From Octopus bimaculoides (Eukaryota): a DNA stretch of 59,839 nucleotides. The position numbers and the translations under genes were made by a program. Positions 1 through 12,434 of this stretch are shown here, one piece after another. The stretch is from assembly GCF_001194135.2 (NCBI RefSeq), contig NC_068982.1, forward strand, positions 120,383,138 through 120,442,976, in the 5' to 3' direction. The stretch's first letter is position 1, and every line of letters starts with the position of its first letter. Below the pieces are notes generated by a model. The model searched no databases and had not been told where the DNA came from. It was given only the letters and a program-made list of their open reading frames with translations.

Positions 1-68
<68 letters not shown>

Positions 69-290
69 TATGTATGTATGTGTATCTATATATATTATAA
101 TATGCATAGATAGATAGATAGATACATACATACATACATACATACATACACACATACATATATGCATACATACATACATACATACATACATACAAACATA
201 CATACATACATACAAACATATATACATGCATACTTACATACGTACGTACATACATACGTACGTACGTACGTATGTACGTACACACATACA
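1..290. repeat. Compound microsatellite (TG)n/(TATG)n/(TAGA)n/(TACA)n
   Basis: Read directly. Similar tracts at ~3990-4110, 7900-7965, 9020-9210, 16015-16060, 16280-16355, 33231-33296, 35719-35758, 41450-42650 and 51257-51297. Confidence 0.95.
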
Positions 291-361
291 ATGTTTCTTC
301 TGAAAGTAATACAAAATAGATATAATTTTCTTATAAATGGTCATTCAAATTGCACATACTC

Positions 362-710
362 ATTTTACTCTTTTACTTGTTTCAGTCATTTGACTGCGGC
401 CATGCTTGAGCATCACCTTTAGTCGAAGAAATCGACCCCAGGACTTATTCTTTGTAAGCCTAGTACTTATTCTATCGGGTCTTTTGCCGCACCGCTAAGT
501 TACGGGGACGTAAACACACCAGCATCGGTTGTCAAGCGATGTTGGGGGACAAACACACACAGATATATATATATATGCGACGGTCTTCTTTCAGTTTCCG
601 TCTACCAAATCCACTCACAAGGCTTTGGTCGAAGCTATAGCAGAAGACACTTGCCCAAGTTGCCACGTAGTGGGACTGAACCTGGAACTATGTGGTTACT
701 CCTGCGCCAC
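362..710 (-). mobile_element. tRNA-derived SINE, family A
   Basis: Minus strand has B-box-like GGTTCAGTCCC then GGCAAGTGTCTTCTGCTATAGC...AAGCCTTGTGAGTGGATTTGGTAGACGGAAACTGAAAGAAG. Other copies at ~32866-33000(-), 33059-33180(+), 36016-36296(+), 36908-37055(-), 38952-39075(+), 42663-42830(+), 46785-47310(-) and 53366-53680(+). Confidence 0.8.
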
Positions 711-789
711 ATGTCAATAAATTTTTTTTTTTCTTATATTAAAGTATTACATAACTTTAGGCCATCATTTGAACTCAATTCTCGAATCC

Positions 790-1830
790 TCTTTGAAAAT
801 ATTCAAACGTACACTATCGTACCCACTTCTTCACAGCTGCTATTTTCTCATATGTGCTATCAAATCGGTGTCTTTGAAGGCTGTCTTTACTGGATCGAGC
901 AGTTGTAAATAGGCGTGCACCAGGTCTGTTCTGTGGCTGGAAAGCAACTTACCAGTCCCATTTCCCAATTGCCCAATTTTTGCCGTGCCGTGCAAATCGT
1001 CGTCTGCGAACGCTATTCTTCAATCGACCGAGCACGTAGGAATCGAAGTACACCAGATCCTGTCTGTTCTGTGAGTGGGTGGAGGACAACTGCCCACTCC
1101 AATTTGGCTATTGCCTAATTTTTGTCAAAGATGTGTGTGGTCACACATTGTTATAATGAATGTCAATCATTTTCAATTTTTAGTCGGTCGCTCTCTCCTA
1201 ATGGCTTCTCTTAGATTTTTGACTGTTTTAATGCACCGTTTCCCACTTATGATATAGCTATATTCCAGAAAATAAAGGAGAATGAAGCCCTTGTTTTCTC
1301 CCAAAACGGTTTCCATGACTTTCCATAACGGTCGCTTGGTCTTAAACTTCTGAGGTCTTGGAGAAGTAGTATGACGCCGTTTCATGAGGTCATAAAGACC
1401 ATCCCCTGTCATTCGATCAGAAAAAGCAAAATGTGTCTTCATTTGTTTCAAATGCTTCCAGCAGATCAGAGCAGGCTTCCATCTTTTTCTTCAAATTGAC
1501 TGTCAGCCCGTTTGCACACACTTTCCGACACCCAAAATCTTCCATCATCTTTGTTTTGCATGATGGCAACAGTCCAACTATACAGAAAAATCATGGACTA
1601 TGACTCGTCTGTCTGCGCGAATTAATTAGTACACTCGGTAGAGATTCGTGTCACAGTTGATGGTCTCCCACTGTGTGGTTTATCTTCAATATTCCTTTTC
1701 CCTTCGATAAACTTTTTCTGCGTACATTGTTTTTGTCAAAATTGCCAAATATGTCATCTGCATAATCAACCTGTAACCTGTGTTTGACGGACAGTCTGCA
1801 CCCCTAAAGCCAGTGCAATGCTCCTATTTC
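790..1830 (-). mobile_element. Degenerate mariner (IS630-Tc1-mariner) transposase remnant
   Basis: ORF 1173..1451 has RMTGDG, HTTSPRPQKFK and KGFILLYFLE...CIKTVKNLREAIRRERP. Downstream HYNNV*PHTS is a decayed HDNARPHTS and upstream LGCRKVCA is present. Boundaries are approximate. Confidence 0.7.
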
Positions 1831-2501
1831 CAGCCCGTTATTTGCCTGCAATGAAGAATAACAGGAAGGAGAATTACTACAGAGGAAGATAACTATGCAA
1901 TCTGTTTTTTCCCCCATCCTTCTCTCCTTTTTTTCTACCCTCTCTCTCTCTTTCACTTTTTCTCTTTCTTTTTGCTCACATGTGATCATCGTCCACCTTT
2001 CTTTTCCTCACGTGACCANNNNNNNNNNATGTGATCATCGACCACCTTTCTTTTCCTCACGTGACCATCGTTCTTTTCCTGCACGGACGTTCTAAGCACT
2101 GGACGTCTCCTATCTCGCTCTTCTATCTTTTCTATTTTCAAAGAAAATATTTCTCTCTGCGTTCACTATTTTCCCCTCATTCTGGTTTAACGACCCTCCA
2201 TGTTTGTTTTCGTTCGGTTTCCTTGTATGTCTCCACTGTCCTCTTTTTGTTCCCAACTTTGATCCTCCATAAAATCCAAAATTTATTTTGGAAGTTATGG
2301 GAGCAACTGTCTTTGCAGACTCATATTGTCGTTGAATGCTCGAAATGAGGAGTAGATAGACAGCTAACAATTGATGAAGAGCCGTTCTCCGTGTTACTTG
2401 TCCTGTTTTCCATTTTTTTCTCTCGCTATTTGCGTATTAAACTCATTTGTTTTCGTATTTCATGTTGTTTACTGTTGATGACGTCCTGTATCCATATATG
2501 G

Positions 2502-2653
2502 ATATAGAGTATTAAATATATAAGGACTAGCATACTTTCCTGCCTCATGGTAGTCATGGCAGTCATCAAGGTCACGTCTGACAGATGTACATTTTTGATG
2601 ACTGCCATGAGGCAGGAAAGTATACTAGTCCTTATATAGTTAATACTCTATAT
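2502..2653. repeat. Long near-perfect hairpin (59-bp stem, 25-nt loop)
   Basis: Arms 2502-2569 (with a 9-nt insertion at 2551-2559) and 2595-2653 pair at 57/59 positions. Confidence 0.9.
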
Positions 2654-2848
2654 TTAATACTCAATATTTCATATATTCAATACGACATTCAATACTTCAT
2701 TTCATTTTACTATTTATATTATATATTCCATATTTTATATCCCACATTAATTTTATAAGAATATAAATAAAGGATCTAGTTCAAAACGGGGGCACCAGTT
2801 TTCATTTATGTTTTATGTAGTGTTTTTGGTACCGAAAGACTTTCAAAC

Positions 2849-3825
2849 NNNNNNNNNNNNNNNNNNNNNNNNNNNNNNNNNNNNNNNNNNNNNNNNNNNN
2901 NNNNNNNNNNNNNNNNNNNNNNNNNNNNNNNNNNNNNNNNNNNNNNNNNNNNNNNNNNNNNNNNNNNNNNNNNNNNNNNNNNNNNNNNNNNNNNNNNNNN
3001 NNNNNNNNNNNNNNNNNNNNNNNNNNNNNNNNNNNNNNNNNNNNNNNNNNNNNNNNNNNNNNNNNNNNNNNNNNNNNNNNNNNNNNNNNNNNNNNNNNNN
3101 NNNNNNNNNNNNNNNNNNNNNNNNNNNNNNNNNNNNNNNNNNNNNNNNNNNNNNNNNNNNNNNNNNNNNNNNNNNNNNNNNNNNNNNNNNNNNNNNNNNN
3201 NNNNNNNNNNNNNNNNNNNNNNNNNNNNNNNNNNNNNNNNNNNNNNNNNNNNNNNNNNNNNNNNNNNNNNNNNNNNNNNNNNNNNNNNNNNNNNNNNNNN
3301 NNNNNNNNNNNNNNNNNNNNNNNNNNNNNNNNNNNNNNNNNNNNNNNNNNNNNNNNNNNNNNNNNNNNNNNNNNNNNNNNNNNNNNNNNNNNNNNNNNNN
3401 NNNNNNNNNNNNNNNNNNNNNNNNNNNNNNNNNNNNNNNNNNNNNNNNNNNNNNNNNNNNNNNNNNNNNNNNNNNNNNNNNNNNNNNNNNNNNNNNNNNN
3501 NNNNNNNNNNNNNNNNNNNNNNNNNNNNNNNNNNNNNNNNNNNNNNNNNNNNNNNNNNNNNNNNNNNNNNNNNNNNNNNNNNNNNNNNNNNNNNNNNNNN
3601 NNNNNNNNNNNNNNNNNNNNNNNNNNNNNNNNNNNNNNNNNNNNNNNNNNNNNNNNNNNNNNNNNNNNNNNNNNNNNNNNNNNNNNNNNNNNNNNNNNNN
3701 NNNNNNNNNNNNNNNNNNNNNNNNNNNNNNNNNNNNNNNNNNNNNNNNNNNNNNNNNNNNNNNNNNNNNNNNNNNNNNNNNNNNNNNNNNNNNNNNNNNN
3801 NNNNNNNNNNNNNNNNNNNNNNNNN
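2849..3825. other. Assembly gap (N run)
   Basis: Other gaps at 15099-15147, 18270-19087, 41487-41586 and 42163-42570; 10-N gaps at 2019, 8579, 8934, 43864 and 50056. Confidence 0.99.
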
Positions 3826-4035
3826 TATATAAGCAATGTTAATTCTCTAAATGAGGTATTAACAGTAACTGCACGATAAAGTGAAGTATATTGCCACTTA
3901 AATGTGGCTGACCCCTAGGGGTGGATGTTACTGTTGCTTTCAGCCCCAGGAGGACATCTCCTCCAGCTGGCTTATCGACACACTTCTGATATATATATTT
4001 ATTCATATATATATATATATATCATATATATACAC

Positions 4036-4075
<40 letters not shown>

Positions 4076-4974
4076 GCGCACACACATACACAATATACAT
4101 ATATATACACTAAATATCATACATTATGATACCGAGGTATATGTAATATAGTTCTTTAGATTTCAAACTTACATATTATATTCATATGTAATTTAGACTG
4201 TTAGCTATAAATCTATATGAGAAAGGAATGAAACTGTAATGTTCATGCCTTTCCCAATAGGATTTATCTGCATAAATGAAAACAATTGGCTTTAACCAGG
4301 AGATGAAACTGCTTCTAACTGTTCTTATTAAGAATGCATCTTTCTATACTTAAAACTATTTTGATACCAACCAACTTGAAAATGACCCTGGTTCAATGAT
4401 ACAATCTTTTTTGTTTAAAAGGAACCTAAATGAACCTAAATAAAAGCTCTAGAAAACTCTGGATCTAGTTCGTTTGGTTACCAGCATTTCAAAAATTAAA
4501 GTTTATCGAAGATTTTAGATTTTGGCACATTAATGTATCTTTCCAAGCTAAATTGCTGGAGTTATTGAATTTTTTCTAGAAAAGTGCTTTTAAAAAGTTA
4601 TAGCGGTTTAAAATTTGATCATTTTCACCCAGTCAAGAAACACGATTTCAAAGCTGTCATTTTGTGCGTGACTGCACCACAGAATTACGCACGACATATA
4701 ACCCCTCATAACTTTTATTAATTTTCGGAGTTTTCAGAAAATTTTTGTGAATTTGAATTCTATACGCATGACTTCATACGATTATGCAAAAAGAGCATTT
4801 GTAGTGGAGTGTGATTTAAGGCCTAGGCCTATTTGATTGCTATTTTTATCACGCATGACAACCATCTCAATGACTTCGACTAAAATATTCGATTGATAAA
4901 CAAGTCCGCTTTTTTTATTACAAAGGGACGTCTCATGCGAGTAGTCAAATCGATAAAAGTGCATCCTTATTCTA

Positions 4975-5218
4975 GGTACGCCGGTACTACTAAAGCAGAG
5001 TGGTCCCGAACGCGCACCCGTGCAGTCGCGCGGCTGCGCTAGCTAGTCGTGAGCGGTCGATCCTAACCCTAACCCTAAACACATGTATTCATTTGCACTC
5101 GTGCACTCACACATCCGCGCACGCGCACTTTTTGTAGGATCGACCACTCACGACTAGCTAGCGCGGACGCGCGGGTGCGCATTCGGGACCACTCTGCTTT
5201 AGTAGTACCAGGTACACC
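4975..5218. mobile_element. GC-rich palindromic MITE-like element with TA flanks and an internal (CCCTAA) run
   Basis: Arms 4983-5065 and 5135-5209 are near-perfect reverse complements; tcTA|ggt...acc|TAga; cctaaccctaaccctaa at 5062-5078. Confidence 0.75.
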
Positions 5219-8200
5219 TAGATATCAGTAAATGCAGACTTCATTTCAAATAAAATCATTGTCATCCACAAAATGTTCATATCGCCCACCTGTAAGTAGA
5301 AATCGCCCACTGGTGGGCGATATCGCCCACTTTGGGAAGCTATGATCTGGATTATTTTGTCTATATATCGCACCCGACAGTCGTTTACATAACCCGCATG
5401 TCAAAGGTTGTATTAAAAAAGCAACCAAACAGCAAGATGGGTGGTCTTAAGTTAGCTTCCACTGAACCGGACAAATTTCCGATTTCGGTTCACTGCTTGC
5501 AAGGTAGCAATTCCCCCGATAAGGGCATGGATGTTACAACACTCAGTTCTCCTTCACTTCCCCTGATAAATATGTAGGCCATACTCTTGAAGAAGAGATC
5601 GATAATTATCGGTTACTTAGTTTGACGGAATTGTCTGCACTACTGATGTGTTTTGGTCTTACACCGATTATTCACCTTGCTTTCAATTTTTGTTGTCCGA
5701 TAATTTTACAACTGAGCAATTGAAGAATATTTCAGGTAACTCTACTGTTTACACCAACTACACTATTCATTAATGATAATATGTTGGATTGCGTTATATA
5801 ACGTATTCATAAACAGTTTATAACAATAACTGTTTACATAATTTCTATTTGTTTACTTACCACAATGATCCTTACTTACGCATTCAAACGTTAGCTTATT
5901 TAAAGACATTTAATTTCATGTATGCAATGTAATCCAGATGGATGTGTGTATTTACAAGTACGTTTATTTGTATAAGTGTAACTTTGGATATTATTTTTCT
6001 TACAGCACCACGCTCGCTGATTTCTGTTTAATTACTAACACGAATATATGTACCTATAAAATACTTGTTCTCTTGCAACGAAGAGAGAGATTAAGCATTG
6101 TTTGTACCCGGTATTTAGTATATCACCTATATATTTATTAAAATTCCTGCCTTTAGCTTATTTAAGTTATTTCCCTTAGCCCGTATTTGTTTATAATAAA
6201 CCAACTTCTGTTTTATGGTATTTAATTGTACGAGTATGTTCGTAGAAACACATCTTACTCATGTTATGTGCGTACTTATGCAGATACAGTATATATAGAT
6301 GAGGGTAAATCTTTCAAATGTTGACACAAGGTCAGAAATTTTAGAGAAGGCAGGATTAGATGATTACATCAACTACAGTACTTTATCGACCTCAATGAAA
6401 GGAAAAGCAGAGTTAACTTCGGCGGGATCAGAGCAGATGATGTGAAAAAAACCGGTGTCAGCGACGAGATGGCAGAAAGTAGATCGAACATGAAGTATTG
6501 CATCTGATATCTTTTTTAGTTGTAGTAGTAGTAGTAGTAGAAGAAGAAGCAGCGGCAGTTGTACTACGCTAAGAAGAAGAAACAGCTTGTCGATTACACT
6601 GTGTAACACGATTTTTGTCCTTGAATAGCAACTGTTTTTTCCTATTTGTTTACCCCAAGAAAGTATGAAAAATGGCTAATATTACCCTCAATCTTTGTCC
6701 TTGTTACATTTAATCAAACCTCAAAAGAATCCCTCTCGACACATGACTATAATGCTCTCCCACTACCCTAGATCATAATCAGAGATGCACATATTGTCAG
6801 CCACTGAGGGACCTTTTCAAGTGGTTATAGTCAAGCAACTAACACTCAAATCTGTGATATTGAGCAGAATATTTGCTATAACGATATTTCTGCTTCAGCA
6901 ACTCTGTGTTGAATCTGTCTGAAATGTAATGGAAAATAGGTCAGTTTCAAAACACATATCTTCAGGTCACAAAAGCAGCTTGTAGGGAATAGTAATTTTC
7001 TTTGATTTCTAGGTAGAAACAAGTAGGAAATAACACTGACCAAAAACAAAAAGAAAATGATTTTGTTACATATTAAGATAATTATCTTATGATTAAAATA
7101 ATTACCTTAATAGTCAGGTTTAGTGGCTGAATGGATAACAGGTTTTGGGATAGGTACAGACTATGCCAAAAGTACTTGGACATTCCTTGATAGTGTTGTG
7201 AGGATTTGAACAGGGCCAGTTTTAAGCCAATTAGACAAATTTGTTCAAATTGGGTCATGTGCCAAGAGAGGTCATTGTGCACACGCTTGAACAGAGGACG
7301 CTTTCATGAATTTTTATTAAATCAAGCCCTCAACGTTTTTTTAGTCGAGACAGGCTTACTACATGAAGCATAAAACACCAGTCTTCAGCTTTTGTAGAGT
7401 AGAAGGCCCCATAGACAATTCTCTAATTGGGCCCTGCACTTCATAGTGCTGACCCTGGATTTGAACCCTTATTCTAAAGGCAACTGCTTGGGAAAATTTG
7501 TAAACTTATTTAATACAACAGTTGTATTCTTAAGAATTATTGAAGGGAATTATATTGTCAGATGGTAGAAAATCATTGTACTCTTTAGTAAATACCCCGG
7601 AAGTCAAGCTTTATGTAAAATAAAAATGGTTTTTAAAATAGGTACAAGGCCTAAAACTTGGCAGGCAGTATTTTGTTGATTAAATCCACCCCAGTACTTG
7701 ACTTGTGCTTTTATTTCATTGATTCCAAAAGGATGAATGTTAAAGTTGACATTGGCAGGATTTGAACTCAGATGATAACAGCCAGTTGAAGGACCAGTAG
7801 TTATGTCCAACTAATCAGCCCATTCATTTTCCTTGTTTGCAAAATTATTATCTTTCAGGTATTAAGTTCTCTTTCTCTTTTGTTTATAGACCAAACATCC
7901 ATACGTACGTACGTGCATACATACATACATACATACATAAATACTTACATACATATATGTATGTATGTTTGGGCACGCTTATGTTAAAAACCAATTTTAG
8001 AATGACTTTTTCTGTCAAAACAATAAAAATAACTGACTAACAAAAAAAAAACCAACCAAGATTCAATCAAATCGAAAAATTAACCCAAATACTTAGCAAT
8101 CAAAGATGAACCATCCCACTTCCATTGCATGCACACACACACACACACATTCACATACCCCTTTTACATACACACACCTATGTTCACACAGTTGAAACGC

Positions 8201-8502
8201 TGTTTGATTTATTATTTTCAGCATACAGTTTTCATCATCCCACTACTAAGTATGACATCACCTCTTCCTTTCTTAGTCATCTATCACCCCTTTCTTTCTC
8301 ATTCATAAACACAAGCGTATTATTATAGTAGATTATCTCGGTAACCATGGGAGCTATGCAAAAAATACAAAGCCCAGCATCATCACCGGATCATTCTACA
8401 TATCTGTGTAATTTTTCGCACAATTCCACCCAGCCATTTGACCGTGAATCCCAAGACAAGAAAGAATCACCCATGTCAAATTTATATGTATAGATACATA
8501 CA

Positions 8503-9037
8503 TATATCATCATAACCATCGTATAACGTCCGCTTTCCATGCTGGCATGGGTTGGACGGTTTGACTGTGGACTAGTGANNNNNNNNNNTATCATCATAAC
8601 CATCGTATAACGTCCGCTTTCCATGCTGGCATGGGTTGGACGGTTTGACTGTGGACTAGTGAGCCAGATGGCTGCACCAGGCTCCAATCTGATCTGGCAG
8701 AGTTTATACAGCTGGATGCCCTTCCTAATGCTAACCACTCCGAGAGTGTAGTGGGTGCTTTTACGTGCTGCCGGCACGAGGGCCAGTCAGGTGGTACTGG
8801 CAATGGCCACACATATATCATCATCATCATCATCATCATCGTTTAACGTCCGCTTTCCATGCTAGCATGGGTTGGACGATTTGACTGAGGACTGGTGAAA
8901 CCGGATGGCAACACCAGGCTCCAGTCTGATTTGNNNNNNNNNNGGTGTTGCCATCCGGTTTCACCAGTCCTCAGTCAAATCGTCCAACCCATGCTAGCAT
9001 GGAAAGCGGACGTTAAACGATGATGATGATGATGATG
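8503..9037. repeat. Cluster of RTE-3'UTR-family repeats, partly duplicated across two 10-N gaps
   Basis: CATCATCAT-CGTTTAACGTCCGCTTTCCATGCTAGCATGGGTTGG motif at 8510, 8590 and 8820, and inverted at 8945-9037. Further family copies at ~12000-12150(+), 15640-15915(+), 17335-17600(-), 17955-18268(-), 21290-21480(+), 27330-27680(-), 39190-39470(-), 39540-39660(+), 55690-55860(+) and 58330-58500(-). Confidence 0.8.
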
Positions 9038-9199
9038 ATATACATATATATACATACATATATATATATACACATATGTACATATATATATATATATACA
9101 TACACACACACACACATATATATATATACACACATATATACACACACACATACATATGCACACATATTTATACATATATATACACAAACACACATAATC

Positions 9200-9715
9200 A
9201 TTATCATCATTTAATGCCTATTGTCCATGCTGGCATATGTTGGATGGTTTGACCAGAGCTGACAAGCTGGGTAGGGAGGGCTGCACCAGACTCCAGTCTG
9301 ATTTGGCATGGTTTCTATGACTGGATGCCCTTCTTAATGCCAACCATTTTACAGGGTGTGCTTGATGCTTTTACCTGTCACCACACAGGTGCTTTGATGT
9401 GGCTCCATATAGGTACTTTTACATAGCATCACATGAGTGCTTTTACGTGACACTGCATGGGCACTTTTATGTGTCACCACACAGACACTTTTACATGGCA
9501 CCACCACAAGTGCTTAACACTTCTGCTGCAGGGTACAGGTCTTCTTGAGTACAGCCAGGTACCAGGTATTTCAATCTTTTGTCATCTCACCTGAAAAGTT
9601 CAGCTTCCTGAGGTCACTATTCAGTACTTCATCCCATGTCTTCCTGGGTCTCCCACGTCCACATGTTCCATTCACTTTGAGAGATCAGCACTTCTTTATG
9701 GAGCTGTTGGCATAT
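9200..9715 (-). mobile_element. RTE LINE 3' fragment
   Basis: The minus strand encodes SLKVNGTCGRGRPRKTWDEVLNSDLRKL, followed by the same 3' UTR family and a (GAT) tail near 9200. Confidence 0.7.
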
Positions 9716-9724
9716 ATATATATA

Positions 9725-10145
9725 CAGGGTTGTTCAAAAAGAATGAACTGATTTCATTACACAATATTTTAATCAAGAAAAGCAATAGAAAACACCAGTT
9801 AAGTCAAAAGTATTTACTCACAATCAACTTTTATTTCTTAGACGCATATCACGATCTACTGAGTTGATCACTTTCATTATTCAATGTTTACAGTCATCGA
9901 GGTTAGTGGGTAGCAGATCTTTTACATATCCCCAGAAGAAAAAAAATCACACATGGTGAGGTCTGGGGATTTCACAAACCAAGCAGATATGCATCTGGGA
10001 GGAATTCTCTTATCACATTGATGTTGTAAGACAAGAAATAAAAGTTGATTGTGAGTACATACTTGTGACTTAGCTGGAATTTTCTATTGCTATTCCTTAT
10101 TAAAATATTGCGTAATGAAATTGGTTCATTCTTTTTGAATAACCC

Positions 10146-10147
<2 letters not shown>
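9725..10147. mobile_element. Non-autonomous Tc1/mariner element with ~115-bp terminal inverted repeats
   Basis: TA|CAGGGTTGTTCAAAAAGAATGAAC...GTTCATTCTTTTTGAATAACCCTG|TG. The interior, read on the minus strand, gives a KSPDLTMCDF / FWGYVKD transposase C-terminal scrap. Confidence 0.8.
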
Positions 10148-10182
<35 letters not shown>

Positions 10183-10849
10183 AGCCATCTGGGTATCATT
10201 CTTAATGCAGATACATCATGAAAGGCAAATTATCTACAATATTTGTCTGGGGATAATATCCTGTTTGTACATATTGCATTTAAAAACACAAACTATATCA
10301 GTAACAGATGAGAATTATACAGCAGTGTTGGTGAAAATGCTAGGATGTACATTTCTGTCCATTGGGCTTTGTCAGTAATATACACTCCATAAAATTCAAT
10401 GATTTTTTTGTTCTTGCTTTACATTCATAACTTTATAAAAACATGAAACTTCCTTCCTGGTTGCAATCCACTAGTCTGTCTGTGAATTAATGTGATTCCT
10501 AGATTCTCTGTTGATTGACAAACATGAACAGTCTAAATTCTCACAATTATGTCTTTGTAAATGGAATGTGGCTACATTTCTTGGTTATAATCTCTTAATG
10601 GTTAAATCTACATATGTAGAGTAACAACATTCTTGGTATATATAATTTATTTTTAATAGATTTTTAGCTTTATATCATTGATTTAAACTTAGTTGATTAA
10701 GGTGTGGTCTATTTTTTTTTTTACCATGTTGACCAAGAATGTTTGAATTTCTGTTGATTTAATATAAAAAAGATACCAATTGTAATTGTTTTTATCCTCA
10801 TACTAGTGTTTTTTACTGATTATCTCACTTTCTAATTCTAGTCAACAAA

Positions 10850-11095
10850 ATGATGCAAGGTTTGGTGCCGAAGTGTCTTCGATTTCTCAGAGGTCTAAAT
10901 CGAGAGCTACAACTGAAGACAACCCGTAGCAATATTTGTACAAAAATAGATGATGTTCTAGATATGAATTATATTCCAAGGAAAGCTGTGCTCTATGTCC
11001 CTGGAAGTGACATTAAAAAGCTCAACAAAATCCCTTCTCTTAAAGCTGACTGTATTGTATTGGACTGTGAAGATGGAGTGGCTTATAATAAGAAG
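10850..11095 (+). CDS. CLYBL: CLYBL-like citramalyl-CoA lyase (HpcH/HpaI/CitE family), coding exon 1 of 6
   Basis: Encodes MMQGLVPKCLRFLRGLNRELQLKTTRS...YIPRKAVLYVPGSDIKKLNKIPSLKADCIVLDCEDGVAYNKK. The LDCEDGV motif is typical of CLYBL/CitE and the Arg-rich, acid-poor N-terminus is mitochondrial-presequence-like. Acceptor ttctag at 10836-10841, donor GTAAAT at 11096, phase 0. Confidence 0.95.
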
Positions 11096-11418
11096 GTAAA
11101 TTGCATTGGCTAATATACATCATCATCATTTACATTTACTTTCTAATGCTACAATATCTCAGTTTTGACATATTTTCTTTGGTTGGATATCCTTCCAAAT
11201 ACTAGCCATGTCACAGAATGCACTCGATGCTTCTCCTATCTTTGTAATGATTTACAATTATGTTGCTATGGCAATCAATAGATATGATGTCTTCTTGCAT
11301 TACATGATTGATTACTCAATTGACTAACCAGTACTATATATATTACAACCATGTTTGAAATTAATCATAATAAATTAACAGATCATTGACTATCTCTCAT
11401 TTTGTATATTATTCAAAG

Positions 11419-11607
11419 GAAGAAGCCCGGGTGAATATTTCCAAGATGTTGGGTGAAATTGATTTTGGTAAAGCTGATTGCACTGTACGTATAAATTCCA
11501 TCAGTACCGGAATGACTGAAAAAGATCTTCGGCAGATCCTTACTGCCTCCCGTCTCCCTCAGACATTACTTCTACCGAAAGTTGACTATGTCCAAGAAAT
11601 TGAAGAA
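11419..11607 (+). CDS. CLYBL: CLYBL coding exon 2
   Basis: caaag|GAA GAA GCC CGG; EEARVNISKMLGEIDFGKADCTVRINSISTGMTEKDLRQILTASRLPQTLLLPKVDYVQEIEE|gtaaag; 189 nt, phase 0/0; VRIN and LPKV motifs. Confidence 0.93.
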
Positions 11608-12434
11608 GTAAAGTACATTCGTATACTCCATCCATTCTATTATTGTTGTTTTTGTTTCTAGTTTTGTATTCTTTGTCATTTCTTGAAGATTGAAACAAAA
11701 TTACTGAATATTTTACTGTAATTCCCATCAAAGTAGGATTCTTGCAGTATTCCTTCCATAGACATGAACATCACTCTCACCTATTTCTTCTCTACCCTAT
11801 TGGACAAAAGCTTTTGTATAGATTTTATATTGCATTGACAGAATCGTTAATATACCGGACAACATTTTAGCAACATTTTGTCTGGCTTTATGTTCTGAGT
11901 TCAAATTCCAATGAAGTTGACTTTGTCTTTCATCCTTTAAAAACTGGCAGAATTATTAGCATGCCAGGCACAATGTTTAGTGACACTTCATTCATCTTTA
12001 GTGGTTGGCATTAGGAAGGGCATCCAACTATCGCAACCATGCCAAATCAGATTGGAACCTGGTGCAGCTCCCCAGCTTATCAGTTTTCAGTCAAACTGTC
12101 CAACCCATGCCAGCATGGAAAACAGACGTTACATGCCGATGATGATGATGAGCACTAATATAAGTACAAGGCTACAAACATGTGGAGCTGGGGTAATTAG
12201 ATCAACCTCTTGAGTGATACTTTTATTGACCTCAAGCTGTATTTGAATTATAACCTATAACTAAACAATTAAACATCACAAAACAATTTGTCCAGTGCTC
12301 TACCTATTTTCTCAATCACTACCTTAGTGATGAATATCTATTTAATCCTTAAGAAATTAAGATATTAACATCTTAATAATACTTTGTGATTACTTTTTTT
12401 TTTTTACAATATCATCTTTTTCTTCTATTTTAAG

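Noticed and set aside
5062-5078. Telomere or interstitial telomeric array
   Set aside because: Fewer than three units, embedded in an inverted-repeat element; treated as part of that element.
8503-9037. Direct and inverted duplications suggesting a hairpin or tandem element
   Set aside because: Both duplications straddle 10-N gaps and involve a high-copy repeat, which is a typical mis-join. The 1980-2070 duplication has the same pattern.
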